A stretch of DNA of 64,000 nucleotides from Lepidodermella squamata (Eukaryota; Animalia; Gastrotricha). Location of the stretch: assembly GCA_047495785.1 (NCBI GenBank), contig JBLDXI010000025.1, positions 620,001-684,000 of the forward strand, written 5' to 3'. A program made the translations under genes and the position numbers. The notes under the pieces were generated by a model, which had not been told where the DNA came from, made no database searches, and saw nothing but the letters and a program-made list of their open reading frames with translations. Shown in pieces: positions 50,782 through 63,799 of the stretch (its first letter is position 1; every line of letters begins with the position of its first letter).

Positions 50782-52972
50782 TGCCGACCTCGTCCCTGAG
50801 GTGAGAAATGCGTCGGCTGGCCGGAGCTGATAAGTGTGTGACCCTCGCGGCCAGTCGACCATGACCGCCCCCGAGGCATTGATCGAATCGTCCGGCCTGG
50901 AAAGCCGTGGGTGCCAACAGTTGAGGTCGCCTCGCCAGCTAGCACGCATGGCTCGTCGGAGTCGACTACGCCACCTAGTGCTAAGGAAAGAAACGAAACG
51001 TCAAGTGGATAGCCGGGGGAGCTATACCCCGTTGCAACCGTTAGCGTTTTCCCGTGTTTTTTTACCAGTTTGAGAGCGAGCCATTCGCTATGTGTGGTGT
51101 TGTGTGAATAGAACTCACTTACCCTGATCGAGTTTTTGACCGCAATCGCAACTCCCCCGTTGTTGCCAGCTTTTTGTTCCCTATCTACACGAATAATGAC
51201 AAAGCCTGGGATTTCGAAATTATCATTATATGAGAGCCACGTTTCATTGATTAGGACAATGTCTAGAAAGAGCGATTGGATAAGAAATAATAGTTCAACT
51301 AGTCTATCTATGATTTTGGAACCGTGGCCTTTGTTCCACTGTCCTATCCTAAACATTGTTTAAATTTGACGATCTACCTTTGCCGTTTGGCTTCGAGCTG
51401 CTCTTGGAGTCGTCCTTGGCATGCTGCATGGGGGCATCCTGGGCCGTTTCGGTGACTAGGTCGCCGTCGTTGATGCTCACATGGACGAATGATTTGTTGC
51501 CCTTAAGCAGAGCTATGAGTTCCGTCATTTTGGTTTCTAGCGCTTCAATACGCTGAGCCTGCCTGGTAAGCACCTCGGCGATCACGGAGTCAACCTGAGT
51601 TTTCAACTTCTTTAGCACTGCGTTAGTGATCTGTTCGATTTTAGCATCATCAATCTGAACCAGAGACTCCTGTCCTGAGGGAGCTTGCGTGCTGGCGGCT
51701 GATGCCAGCTTGTTCGTCTTCACTTGCTGAAGCTCCAGCCATACGTTCTTGACAGGCGGCGGGGCAGCGACGGGCGTCGGCCTTGAACCGTCGGCTTGCT
51801 GCTGTGCTGTGTCGGACCCTAAAATTTTGTAGATTGCGGACCTATTCTTGGCTTCGAGTTTACTCCAAGCATCTCGTACTGCCTTGCAGCCAAACCAGCC
51901 AGACGAGTGCAGACCATCGCAGTTCGCACACTTCCGGAAGGCTTCGTTGCCAGCTTTCTTACACTCATGAGTGATGTGGGCGCCAGCGCCCCAGCCGCAT
52001 TTAGCAGCCTTCGCCTTGCAGGCTGTTGTGAGATGCTCGAAGGATTGGCAGTAGTTGCACCTGGGCGGGTTGACCTTGGCTTTCTTTTCTTTGCCGAAGA
52101 TTTGCCATATTTTCTGCCAACGTAACCCATTGTTTAGCACATTCCAAGCTATAGCCTTAGATTTGAAAAAGCAGATAACAGTTTGATGATCGTTTGATGA
52201 TCGATGACCACCACGTCTTCAACGTAATCTGACCAGTTGGCCTTGACTTCTTCAGCGCTCACTTCGTTCGGGAAATTAGTACAGATCACAGCCCTGCCCT
52301 CGACGATTGCCTTTTGGTGGAGACTGGACGTGTCGTTCGCCGCGGCTGGGGGAGTTTCATTCGGGAAGATCTCGTAGTATCGCTTGGATCTGTGGACCCT
52401 CGCTCTGCCACCGAAGAGCGTCGGCGGCCAGTCCCGCTTCTCCAGCGCGGCCTTCGCCATCTCGGCCTCAATGAATGTTACCCGAATGCCACCTCTGGCT
52501 AATACCTTGATTTTGTAACACACGTAATTGCCCTCGGGGAGACGCTGAAGTTCGTCTTGAACCGCCTTCTGATCGATAAAGTTTGGCGGGACATTGTCAA
52601 TCACAACAGTTCGCAGCTCTATTGCTTGATCACGTAGCAGGTTTTGGGCTTGCTTCACAGCGGTATTGGGCCCCTGTCCATCTGGGACCTCCCGGCGAGT
52701 GGCCACTTTTCGGTTGCGGCCGGGTGTACTATCGGACCCGAACGAGGTATTGCCCATTTCGGCTTCGCCTTCATTTCCGAGACGAAATTTCTTACCCTTT
52801 TTATCTGCGACCACCTGAAAATCGCTGTCGTCGGCTAGCCCGTCGTCAGTTATACCCTTGGCTCTTCGACAGACGCGTCGAGGTCGATTTCAGTAGCTTG
52901 GCTTATTGATTCGGTGAGGTCGTGGAAGACCTCGCCGTCGTCGTCCGAAAAAGTTGACGGCTGAGCCATCAT
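50782..52972 (-). mobile_element. Jockey/I-type LINE 5' part: degraded gag-like ORF1 and N-terminus of the APE endonuclease
   Basis: Three CCHC-type knuckles (CNYCQSFEHLTTAC, CANCDGLHSSGWFGC). ORF2 from 51356 has QWN, LINETWL and GGVAIAVK and overlaps the ORF1 stop. The element is cut by the CACTA terminus. Confidence 0.85.
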
Positions 52973-53426
52973 AGAGGGAATGTAATAGGGAACAAGCTGG
53001 GTTAAGCCCGGCTTGGAATTATTTAGAAGAGGTTGGGTAATTAGGAAATATAGATGATTGATTTATTGGCTTAGTGCCAGTATAGTAAATTGTAAGCTAA
53101 AGGGCTGAAAGGTAAGCTAAAGGGCTGGAAGCTGTAAGCTAAAGGCTTTCATTATAATTTTCATATCACTCTCCAAATCTCCAAACCGTACAACAATTAT
53201 TTGGCAGATTGGCGGCGTCGATGCAGATCCCCCGTGGTCGACCTCACTTTTTCTTGGGCTGCTCATTTTGAACGGGCGGATTTCGACAGCTCCTTGCCGT
53301 AATTCTCCACACTCGAGTTGATCATCTCCACTATGCTGCGCCTCGTTCTGATTTCCCACAGCTCGTGCTACGAATGTCAGATATAAATTAAATACTCGTA
53401 CAATATCAGACAAATTAAGAAATTGT

Positions 53427-54360
53427 AAATATATGTCGTATATAATGTCGATTTTCATGTAATGTTAACTTTATATAGTGATGCCTATGTAATGTCGACT
53501 CTAGATATGTAATGTTCACATTAGATACATTTATACTATATAATGTTGACTTTAGATATGTAAAGTGCGCCAAGAAATGATATAATACATGTTTTATTCA
53601 TTTCAAATTCAAGAAAGTGGGAAGAAGTCAGTTATTAGTTATGGTTAGGGCTGAGTTGGTTATTAGTGCGGAGATCTGACAATTTTCCTGGGGTATAGCA
53701 TTCAGGCCACCACTGACCAACTTGGGTGGTAAGAAAGGCAGTCTTATTGAATTTGAACTTATTGACCAGATTGGTTCGAAGTTACGGGCGCAACTGGTTG
53801 AAACACGTAAGAGGGAACCCTTAAGTTACTTCTAATGGGGCGCCCCGTTCCATTTTAGTGGGCGAAGACCTGGGGTTCACCAGCGTTCACCTGCTGCACG
53901 ATGCACGAGTATCAGCCATTTTGGCGGTAACCTATTTACTACCTTAGTCATGGAAGAATAGAAAGTTGTTTTTAGCGTCAAATGGACCCTTATGCTGCAA
54001 CGCTAACGGGTAGTAGATCTGCTTCGACTTGCAGCTGGATTGAAATAATTTTGAAATTTTGCCTTAAGTTTGGCTTGAAGCAGCTCAATCTCGACTTTAG
54101 GGCCATTGACGGGATCACCGCCATAAGCCTCAGGGTTGACAACTTCCATTCCTCCCATTGAAAGGTGATTTTTTAGCACAACCACCCGCAAAGTAACATC
54201 TGCTGGCTCACTTTACATAGCAGATTTCATTTAAATGTCATCTAAAGTTGACATTACATATCTAATGTTAACATTACACGTGTAAAGTCAGCATTACATA
54301 GGCTGGGTCTATGTAAAGTTAACATTACATAAAAATCGACATTATATACGACATATATTT
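53427..54360. mobile_element. Inverted-repeat (foldback/MITE-like) element with ~19-20 bp subterminal tandem units
   Basis: AAATATATGTCGTATATAATGTCGATTTT... / ...AAAATCGACATTATATACGACATATATTT, with repeated ATGTAATGTyrAC units. Confidence 0.75.
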
Positions 54361-54717
54361 TTGTTCTTTTTCAAGGAATTCCACTGCCAATAAAATGCTG
54401 CCAGCTAACAGAAGGAACATTAATTAGCTTCTTTATCATAGCCTTAGTCCGTGATAGTTTTGTGGTGAATAATACCTGACAAGCGAAAAAAAACAACTCA
54501 ACACCTGCTTCTTGTGATAACAAATAGTGATACCAGCATTATGGTTTAATCGATCAGTCACGCACTTCGAGCAAGCGCTTCTTCGTGTATTTAGCAGCGT
54601 CATTGAGTTGTTTTTGTCCCTAAAACCTGGGCGGACTCAATAAGTACCACGGCTAATTCGCGAAAATTCATTATCAACTTTTTCTTTTTATCAACTTGAT
54701 TCTTATTCACAATTGAA

Positions 54718-55098
54718 ATGGCTGGATCCTTGCTCACTGCATTGGCGGTTTTCATGATTATCATTTCAGCCATCGTGGCGCAAAATCCCAGTAAGTTTTC
54801 CAATACAGGCTGATGCCGGCAATTGCCCCCGAATGCGAAATTGAATCACCTTGTACTCTCAGCTGGCTACAAGTCAAATGCAAAAAGTTGCTACGAAAGA
54901 ACAGGCACGGAGAACAACATTATTGGTAGCACGTTGCAAAAGATTGTAAACGCTCAGGCGTGCGCTGACAAGTGCAACGCGTCCAAGCCCTGCCGCGCCT
55001 TTGCGTTCATGGCCAGCCGCCATACCTGTATCTTGTTCAAGAACTGCCCTAGCAAGTACAACCTCGGTGCCACAGAAGCGGCTTATGTTAAGATCTAA
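54718..55098 (+). CDS. Small secreted PAN/Apple-domain protein (exons 54718-54790, 54863-55098; ~102 aa)
   Basis: Signal peptide MAGSLLTALAVFMIIISAIVAQ, phase-1 GT-AG intron, CADKC...CRAFAF...CILF pattern. Confidence 0.75.
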
Positions 55099-55319
55099 TT
55101 TGTTGCGGAGCAGTAATCGTGTTGAGAGGGTAAAATTCGGTGGCATATAAGCTGCGCTTTAGCAAGAAGCAGATGCAACAATTATTAATCATCTCATCGC
55201 TTGGTTTTTCTTAGCTGCTTTGAAGTGGGAAATAAATCAAATAACTGCTTATAAATAAAAACACTGTATTTTGGCTAAACATTAGCAATCTGCGTTCAGT
55301 CTACGTAATTATTATCGGA

Positions 55320-58300
55320 TATCGGAGAATCATGTACAATTGCAGCGTGTACATCATATCTGATGATTTTCTGAAAATTACCGTAAATACGTACCGAATT
55401 ACTGTGAGCCCATCAGCCCCGAAATTCAGGCTCGTCCAAACAGGAGACGTGTCACCGTTCTATTTTGGAGTTTCGTAAATGACACGAACAGCCTGCTGCC
55501 ACTCTTCGGCATTGATCGGTGCCAACAATTTCAGCCAAAAATAAGCTGAACAGCTCGCGTTCGCAGCTGTAACGTTGAGAGTGTTGCTCAAACTCGAAAT
55601 GCACTGCCCATTTATGAGGGTGAGGGTTTCATTCAGCAGGTAATTCTGGCATGTACCAGAATAAAATATTTCCACAGTGGGTTCCAGTTCGCAAATGTAG
55701 GGCGGACTAGTAGAAGCGTTCACAACAATTCAGGCTCCACTATTTTCCGTGATAGAAGCTCCACTGATGAAGGGTGCTGAGAGGGGCGCCGATGAAGCTG
55801 CCCAGTTAGAAAATCAGTCGTCGAACCACTTCCGTCTAACCAAAGCCAACTATTTGTCTCGCCTCCAGTAACCAGCCCGAACCAAGCCGCGCTTAGCCCT
55901 GACTGAGAAAGCATACTTCGATTGAACGCGTTTTCACTAGAAGAACAAATACCAGCCATAAATAGCATAATATATGTTTTACGACAGTTTTCTGCAGCTT
56001 TGTCCAAGGTTTCAGGCTGAGATACAGCCTTGTAACAGATTCCATCAAAATCATGTTAACAGTAGCCTCTGTTAACAAACTTCTGCTGGCGATTCGAACG
56101 AAGTAGTCACTAGACCCAGAATCCGCAGGAACCGGTCGTTCACACATGACACTTGCGTTGCCATCCGTCGGTGTTACTTTTACTGTTTTCAAGTCGAAAG
56201 AGAAATAGCGGACAGGCGTTGGGTCTTGCTCGGGTTTGAAACGGTGTTACACGTTTGCACCCAGTAATATTGTCAGTATTGTGAAATTCGAACCTCCAAC
56301 AACTCTAACGAAGCATCCGACCAAAGTTGCAGCAGCTGAGACGGATGGACAGTCTTCAAAGTATAAGTTTCTAGTTTTCGTTTCAAGTTGGAAATCTTTT
56401 GACTCCTTGAGATTGACTCCTCTACGCCTTCTGGATCCAAAGATGACACGACTGAGGCGCGTAAAATGCGTTCTCAGAAACTGTGATGGGCTCATCTATC
56501 AATCTGGGGACAGGTGAGAATCCAGGTTTGTGCACAAACAATCGAAAGTTTGGCCTTGCAGCTCCCCGGCGGGAAGAAAAACAAAGGGTCCAAAATGCTT
56601 GACACCTCCCGGAAATGTTGCGACAACAGCGGATACTTGTACATTGAACCTGAAACAATTCGGAAAATTCGGCCCCGTCGAAGTTATTCTCACAAGTCTA
56701 TCTGCCAAGGTTCGATCAGTGAAGTATAATGTTATGCGCCGATTTGTGAGATTCATGAGTGATAAAATTATGTCATAATTCACAGCTGGTGCTGTAATAT
56801 TGGTGATAACGCCCTTCAGTCCAAATGAGTATGAAGCTAATGACCATTTATAAATTGAGAATGCAGCAAGCCCAGCTTTTCCCATGAGCCTGAAAGCGTA
56901 ACCACATAAACCAGCTTGTGGGATGCACTCAAGTATGACACCTTTAACTGTCACTTTATCGGAATAGTCAATCTAAACGTAGTCGTATTCAGACACACAT
57001 AATTAGGGGATCCGATAACACCCAGATGAGGGCTAGTCACCCCAGGGGATCTGGTTATCGACTGCGGACTGATTCCATGCACCGAGGCGTTTAGGGCTAA
57101 AGACGGGTAATTGGGGTCGTAGCGGCCAACGAAAGTTCTCGACTCGCTACAAGACGCACTTCGCCATTGATAGGCCGATCTAGGGTCAGCATAAACGCAA
57201 GTGCTTTGCATATCCACCGTGTTCAAATTTTCATCGATCATCGATCACAAAGTGTAACTACTTTTCGGCAGAGTGCCAGTCGCCACAGTATTGGGGCTTT
57301 AGAACTTTAACCCAAGCCATATCGATGTCTGTCGAATGAACTATTGTTTCCCGACTGAGCAAGCCACCCCAGCTCCCAGCTCCCCCCCCCCCCCCCCCCC
57401 CCTCTCCCCCCAGCTTGGCCGAGCCAGACGACAAAATGAGAATTTATACCCCTATTTCGTCAATTTTGAAAGGGTCTGGAGCGTGTTTTAGTGGAAAATC
57501 TTCAAAATTTTCTCGCTTCGCTCGGTTATTCGCTAAAATAACTAGTAATTTTGGCAAATACAGCAAAAATTGTTTTTCCATCCCTGGCAGCTCCGGGATC
57601 CAAGATCGCACCCTGCCTTTCTTATTACACCGAAATCAGAGCTAAAATTGATGATATTTGACGCAATTTTTCCGAAATTAGAATAATAATGACATTTACC
57701 GAAAACTTGCGGCGCAGGGGCCTCGCAAAGCGCTTGCGCTGTGCCACCTTGAACAACATTCCATTGGACGGAACTACTCATTGCGAAACCTTGAACACGG
57801 TTTTGATATCTTGCGATCAAGCCACCACGAAACCTTCATTTCTAAGCTATAATTTCTAAGCTATAAACCATTCGCTGAAATAATTTCACGAATCACGAAT
57901 CTGAAATAATAGAAGGCCGAATAAGGATTCCCATCATCGCGGTTGCATGCGCTCGGAGGGGCGTATGACATCGAAGTGCCTGCATCCGATCCAAACACGG
58001 CTGGAAGCAGGCAATGCAATTTATGAGCAATAACTACTCAAGCCTTTGTTACCTAGCACCAAGGGAGTCGGTCAATGAATTCTCCACTTCGTCATCCGCA
58101 TAGAATGGGAACGCATTTCCATAAGTCGCACTGCAAAATGTTTTGACTTGATCGTAGCTAACCTGATCTGAGCCCATGAGCTGATAACATCCGTATAAAA
58201 CGGTGGTACAGTAGTGTACCCCAAAGGGTATGCTTTCAAAAAATGGTGATATGATTCTAATTCCAGTCGAATTTAGCATGCTACCTACTTAAACTATCCG

Positions 58301-58620
58301 TATAAGGCCAGAAATCGATTCAATAACCCGTTGTTAGGCTTGATTTGTAGAGAGCAATTACTCCACTTCCCTTGGGTCCGCCGCCGAAATCATTAGAGTT
58401 CGCTGGCACTTTCGATAAGCAATAGCTGTTCTGCACTAGATAGGACATGGCGAAAGGAGTATCGTAACAACGGCAGTAGTAGCCGCCTTCAAGACCAGCG
58501 AATCGCCAACCAGCGTTGTCGCAGTTCCGTCGACATTGGCTCTCAGACATAGATCGGTGGTCTGCGATTACATATCTTGGTATGGCTTGATCTGATATAT
58601 TGTAGCAGCCGATGTACTCC
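55320..58620 (-). pseudogene. Degenerate WSC plus multiple C-type-lectin ectodomain gene
   Basis: WSC motif (CRRNCDNAGWRFAGLEGGYYCRC...GGG) and CTL fragments (CYQL..SYDQVKTFC, WRSASCSESRTFV, WFGL..WLWLDGS, YICE). Many frame breaks and insertions. Confidence 0.7.
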
Positions 58621-58692
58621 GGATGGCTGCACCATCTAGAGGCGAGATTTTGTTCATAAAGGCTGAGAGCTCAATGCCTGTGTAACTTGAAT

Positions 58693-58855
58693 CAGAGCTG
58701 GAAAACTTGCAGAAATGACGCACCAGGTGCGTAGGAAATTTTGGGAAAAGTAGGCAATTTTGGCTTAGGAAACAGTCAAAAGTTGAAGGAAGTGGTAGTT
58801 TAGTAGGAAATTTAAAAAACGGCGCGTAGGAAATCCTGCAGGTTTTCCAGCTCTG
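58693..58855. mobile_element. hAT-type MITE
   Basis: TIR CAGAGCTGGAAAACyTGCAG with an 8 bp TSD ACTTGAAT (58685-58692, 58856-58863). Confidence 0.88.
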
Positions 58856-60073
58856 ACTTGAATAATCAGGAATAAACGCGGGTAAAATATAGATAATGCC
58901 AGCTTGCACAAGGAAGGCGAATCACGCATTTTTTCCGATTGCAAAGAAATTGATTAATTCGAACCTAGCCGCGGTAGACTCTTGGCGGGAAAGCAACATA
59001 ATTTCGTTGAATTTCTAGTTCGAAGCGAAATGTTACTTCCACGCAGGAAAGTTCCCCTGCTTGTGAGAAGGTTTATCAAATTATCGGCCTAGCTATCTTT
59101 GCAACATTTCACAACAGGGAATCGATCGTTCATGGACTGGCTGCGTTGGAAAAAGCTATAAAAATAAGAAAATGATTGAAATAAAAATGTCAGCTTCAGT
59201 TCAAAGAGCTCCATGAAACAATGCAGAGTCGTAGCAACAGCCTGACAAAATATGTTGATGAAATGCGATTATGTCGATAGTTGTTTTGTAAGATCATCCT
59301 CTTCGAGCAATTTTAGGCTCTTGCTGGGAAAAAGTTTTGCATAAGATCCATAATGTTCGCTCCCCATTTGCGAGACATCGTGCTACTTGTGCAATTTCGG
59401 AATGCGTTCTGCGCATATTGTAAAATTAAACCTGCCCCCCCCCCTGACAGAGGGCAAATTACCAAATTAGCAAATCATGGATGGTAGGGATCATCCCTAC
59501 CAGTTCCATCGGTTGGGAACTCGTAAGGTTAAATGAACTCAGTCAAAGACCAAAAAGGAGGACCCTTGTGGACCCTTACCAGTTCCTTACCAGTTCCTCT
59601 GTCCTACTTCGCTCTCTGCCCCCTAATCGTGAGCTTTTTTTATTCACGCTTCCTGCCTGTTGAAGTGTTAGAAACAGCATGCGAATGCTCCTTAGTTCTT
59701 CAAAAAGAAGACCTAGAAAAAAGTCTGTTGTTTCCCACAATCTGGCAGTTTGAAGCAGACAAATCTTACTAATGATGCTTTCGAGAAACTTGTGGAAGGG
59801 TAGCAGGGGATTACTAATTGCTGTGAACGTGAAAACAAATGTTATAAGGGTAATTTCTTGTGAGTGCGCGCTTCATATTTTAGTGGTATCAGGAATTCAA
59901 TTCTATATTAAGAGCTGTCCTCTAATTTGGGTTCATCCCGAAACTCCTGCTTCTGCGACTGCTACAAATGACTATTGCTGATTCTGCCCCGTCATACTAT
60001 AGTTTTTCCGATAACCTTGGAGCCCAAATGACCAAAAGAATAATCTTATCAATTGTATTTCTTCCCTATTTAG

Positions 60074-62499
60074 ATGCATACCAATGCTAGCTGCTTGATA
60101 GCAGTAATTCTTCTCAAGTTTCAGACATTCGGCTATGAATACAACTCTTCGATGTCACTTCCCCCAGTAATGTTGCCACACGATGCAAATCTGAGAAAAC
60201 CTCGTCTGGTCATTCCATTCTTCGTCGAATTCGATCAAGCCGCCATGATGTATGTACCAATGCATACTCAATTAATCCTCGACACAATCAAATCGATAAC
60301 TCCTCATTTGAAAGACTTCGAGATTGAGGTCAACTTGTACGATACATTCTGCGATGACAAGCCAGTGGTTGAGACCACGATGAACATTTTAGAAAATGGC
60401 AAGCGGAATCTTCCTTTCATTTCAACTTACGCGTGTGCTATGATCGGTCAGAAGGTGTTGGCGAAGGTGATTGAACACTACAATTACACGGCTACCGGCT
60501 TGTTAGATGTTGTAAACGATGCTGTGCTTGGCAACAAACGCTATCAAAACTACTTCACACTCGGGGCTACGATTGAGGACATGCAAATGGCTTTGTTGAA
60601 ATTCTTGAAAAGTCAAAACTGGACTCGTGTTGCTATGCTGGGCGAGGACCAGCTTGTCTACTACAAAGAGGTAAATTTTTGAAAATTCTTTAAGAAATGG
60701 TGAATGCAGAATAATTGCTCCTACAGTGGGGTCGCGTATTACTGCCAAAGTTTTCGAGCGAGAAATTTGACCTGATCTTCTACGAGCAAGTTCCCAATCT
60801 CCGTGAATACAACGATGAAGATTGGCAGAATGCTATGGAAAGTTTAATCGCAGTAGATCCTAGGATTATAATCTACAACGGCGATTCTGGTTATGCTCCG
60901 CTGTGTTGGTTCGCAAGGTACAATCTGTATGGACCGAATTACGCATTTGTTCTCATTTATTGGGTTGATATCAACGCCAATAGTATTGCAATACCCGATA
61001 ATATGAAAGACTGGTGTACGCTCGATATGGTTTATTTAACCTTGAAAAGCTCATTCATCTATGGCGAAGCTAATAAAGCGACTTTCTTCCCCGAGGAACG
61101 TGACGATTTGAACCTAACCGGCATAGGCATGAAGCGCGAGCTTTCAACGCGAATTCAGGACATTGAAAATATTCTATGGATAAACAACGAATACACGTTC
61201 TACGATGTTCTGCTATTCGGCATCAAAATGCTCGATGAAGCTGAGAGAATTCTGCGTGAGAAAGGCGATTCGTTGATAAATTGGTCTGCTGGTTCAGAAA
61301 ACCTGAAGCAAAACGGCGGATACATTGTAAAAGTGATCAAGGACGCAATCTACAACATCAAAGTTATTGGACTGCGGGGCGATTATCAATTCTCAAAGTA
61401 CACTGGCTTGAATTCTGGCGGAGGAACATTGACGCCGATTCTTCAATGCCGTTACGACTCACTCACCACCAAGCTGGAAAGGCCAGTTGTTTTCGACGGG
61501 ATTAGGCTTGGTCCAACTGCAATTATTTGGCAGGATGGCCATCGACCTTACGACAGGGTTAAGATACAGAAGAATTACGTTAGAGCTTACAGCATTGAAG
61601 CTGTGCTTGGCCTTTCCATAAGCGATGCTATGATAATTCTATGGATTTTTGGACTTGTTATTTCGAAGAAACTGAAACTATCCATGGGGCAATGGATTCT
61701 TGTGCTTGGCGTTATTGTCGCGAACATTCCGATCTGTCTTCTGGCTCTTCTTGACATGGCGCCTGTGGCTTTGCATTGTTTCGTTATAGCCGCATTATTC
61801 AGCAGTGGTATCTCGATTTGTTTCATTGGAACTTGGTTGATTTTGGAAATGCAGCTCGAGAATCAAAATTCGCGCATGATAAGAGGTAGTCGGATTAGCC
61901 TTCCAGCCGGATCTCAAGCAACAATTTCTTCAATTGAAATAAGGCGCAGTCAAGCTAGTGGTGCCAACCAACTACCCAAATTTTTGACTAAGAACGAGAT
62001 TGTAAAGATCAGTGTTGGACTCGCAATTTCGGCAGCAATTGTTTTGGCTGTCCTTCTGGTCTTCTCTGAACCTTTTGCAGTTTCTGCCGATCAGGTCGAT
62101 CCCCAAATGACTTTCGGAAAGCGCCAAGTTGAACTCTCGGTGCAGGTTAAATGCAAATTAGACGTTGACACGTTTTCAATGGCTGTCATTGGATTGTTGG
62201 CTGGGATTGATTTTGTGGTTATATTGAGGTCAATTTTACTATCCTATCAAATTATTACTATCAGAAAAGCAGGTAGTGTCACTTTGCCATCCCAGCGCAT
62301 AAAACGGCTGCCTTCAGAATTGCCGAGAGATTACGTGGCAGTTTTCGCTTACTTTGCTACGCTTCTGGTAGCTTCAATTTTGCTTGTCCTTATGATCGGT
62401 CAGTTTGCTGCTTACGTCTTATCAGCGACCTCAATGCTGTTCGCTGTTGCCGTTTCTTACGTTCTGATGCGGAAAGAAAGCCAAGGCAGCGGAATGTGA
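60074..62499 (+). CDS. Divergent GABA-B-like class C GPCR, paralog H (exons 60074-60670, 60727-62499)
   Basis: LKDFEIEVNLYDTFCD, NWTRVAML, DPRIII, YNLYGPNYAFV and FYDVLL motifs, with seven hydrophobic helices. 56 nt phase-0 intron at a position different from paralogs A-F. Confidence 0.8.
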
Positions 62500-63799
62500 G
62501 CATCTAGTCGCCAATGTGTTATTTCGTTCTGATTACTCTCCATATCGTACTATATCGTCAATGAATATGTTGTTCATCTGATAATTTACAATCACCTGTT
62601 TCTGCTGACATTGCAGACTAAGATCAAGTCTAGAATGAACTCCGTGCGCTTTCTGCAGGAAAAACACTTGCATTTTGAGAAGAAAACATCATAATTGCGA
62701 GAGCCTGGGTTACACGGTAAATCACTCATATCATTCTGAGGTGGCAAATGTGTACTTATTGAATCAATTAAGCGTTTCCAATCTTTAATTCTACCTTCGC
62801 TACATAGCTAGATTGGTTATAGATAAAATTCTTGGTAATGGTAATGTAATCATTTAACTCCGAACCTTTTCGTTTTTAGTTCTTGAAGCTTTTTCTTAAG
62901 AGTCGTGAAAGTTGTAACTTTAAATTATTTATCATCTGATACCGCAAATATTCAGCCGCAAGTCATATATTACCAAGAAAGAAAGAATTTGTTTAAGAGA
63001 CAATTGAAAGCATTGTTTGTCTGTCCAAAATTCAAGAAATAAAAGAAAAGCAATAGAACCAGAAACAGTGATCAACAACGGATGGACAATGGTTTTACAG
63101 CTTTAAGCTTGCAGTAAAATTAAGATGAGGATATTCTTATACTGTAATTTGCTGTCACCCGCCGAAATAGCGTGCCTTCACCTTGATCGCAGGCACGTAG
63201 TCGTCATAGCGCATATTACAATCGTCAAACCACTCACAGCGAGCTCAATTTGAGTGGGATGTCTTGCGAAGAAGGATCATACGATGCCAATCAGCCATAT
63301 TCCGTAGCCCAGGAACCGAATCAAACCGAAAGATTTGTCAACTTGAGGCGTGATTCGGTGAAGGTTGTTGGCGAAAAGTGTTGCACGAAGCGCAACTGCG
63401 AGATTTACGGAAAAAATAGCGATCGGAATACCCGAATCGGTGCCCTCAACACTGCCGCCCGTGAAATGTGAAATATAGGACTGAAACTTAAGATTATTGT
63501 CAAACTTTGAACGTTCTAGACGAGAAGTTGAAGTTCCTCGTGGTTATTGGCCAGAAACCAATCCAGAATAATAAAGTATGATTGAGACGATATCGAGCTT
63601 CAGAATCTCGAGGCAAGAAACAGACCGGAGTAACAGCTTTTTCTATCGAAAGAATGGACAGTTTTACTAGTAATTTCCTAACCATACCTCTGAGTACTTT
63701 ACCATCAAAGGCGGCCAGAGTGCTTTACAAGAACCCAAGACAAATTCCGGGTGATCGCCGTTCGGAGAAGAGACGTGATAAGCTATTGGAGTGGCACTT

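Noticed and set aside
63500-63685. Trypsin-like fragment (LVKL...VTPVCF)
   Set aside because: Too short, and no catalytic motifs are recognisable
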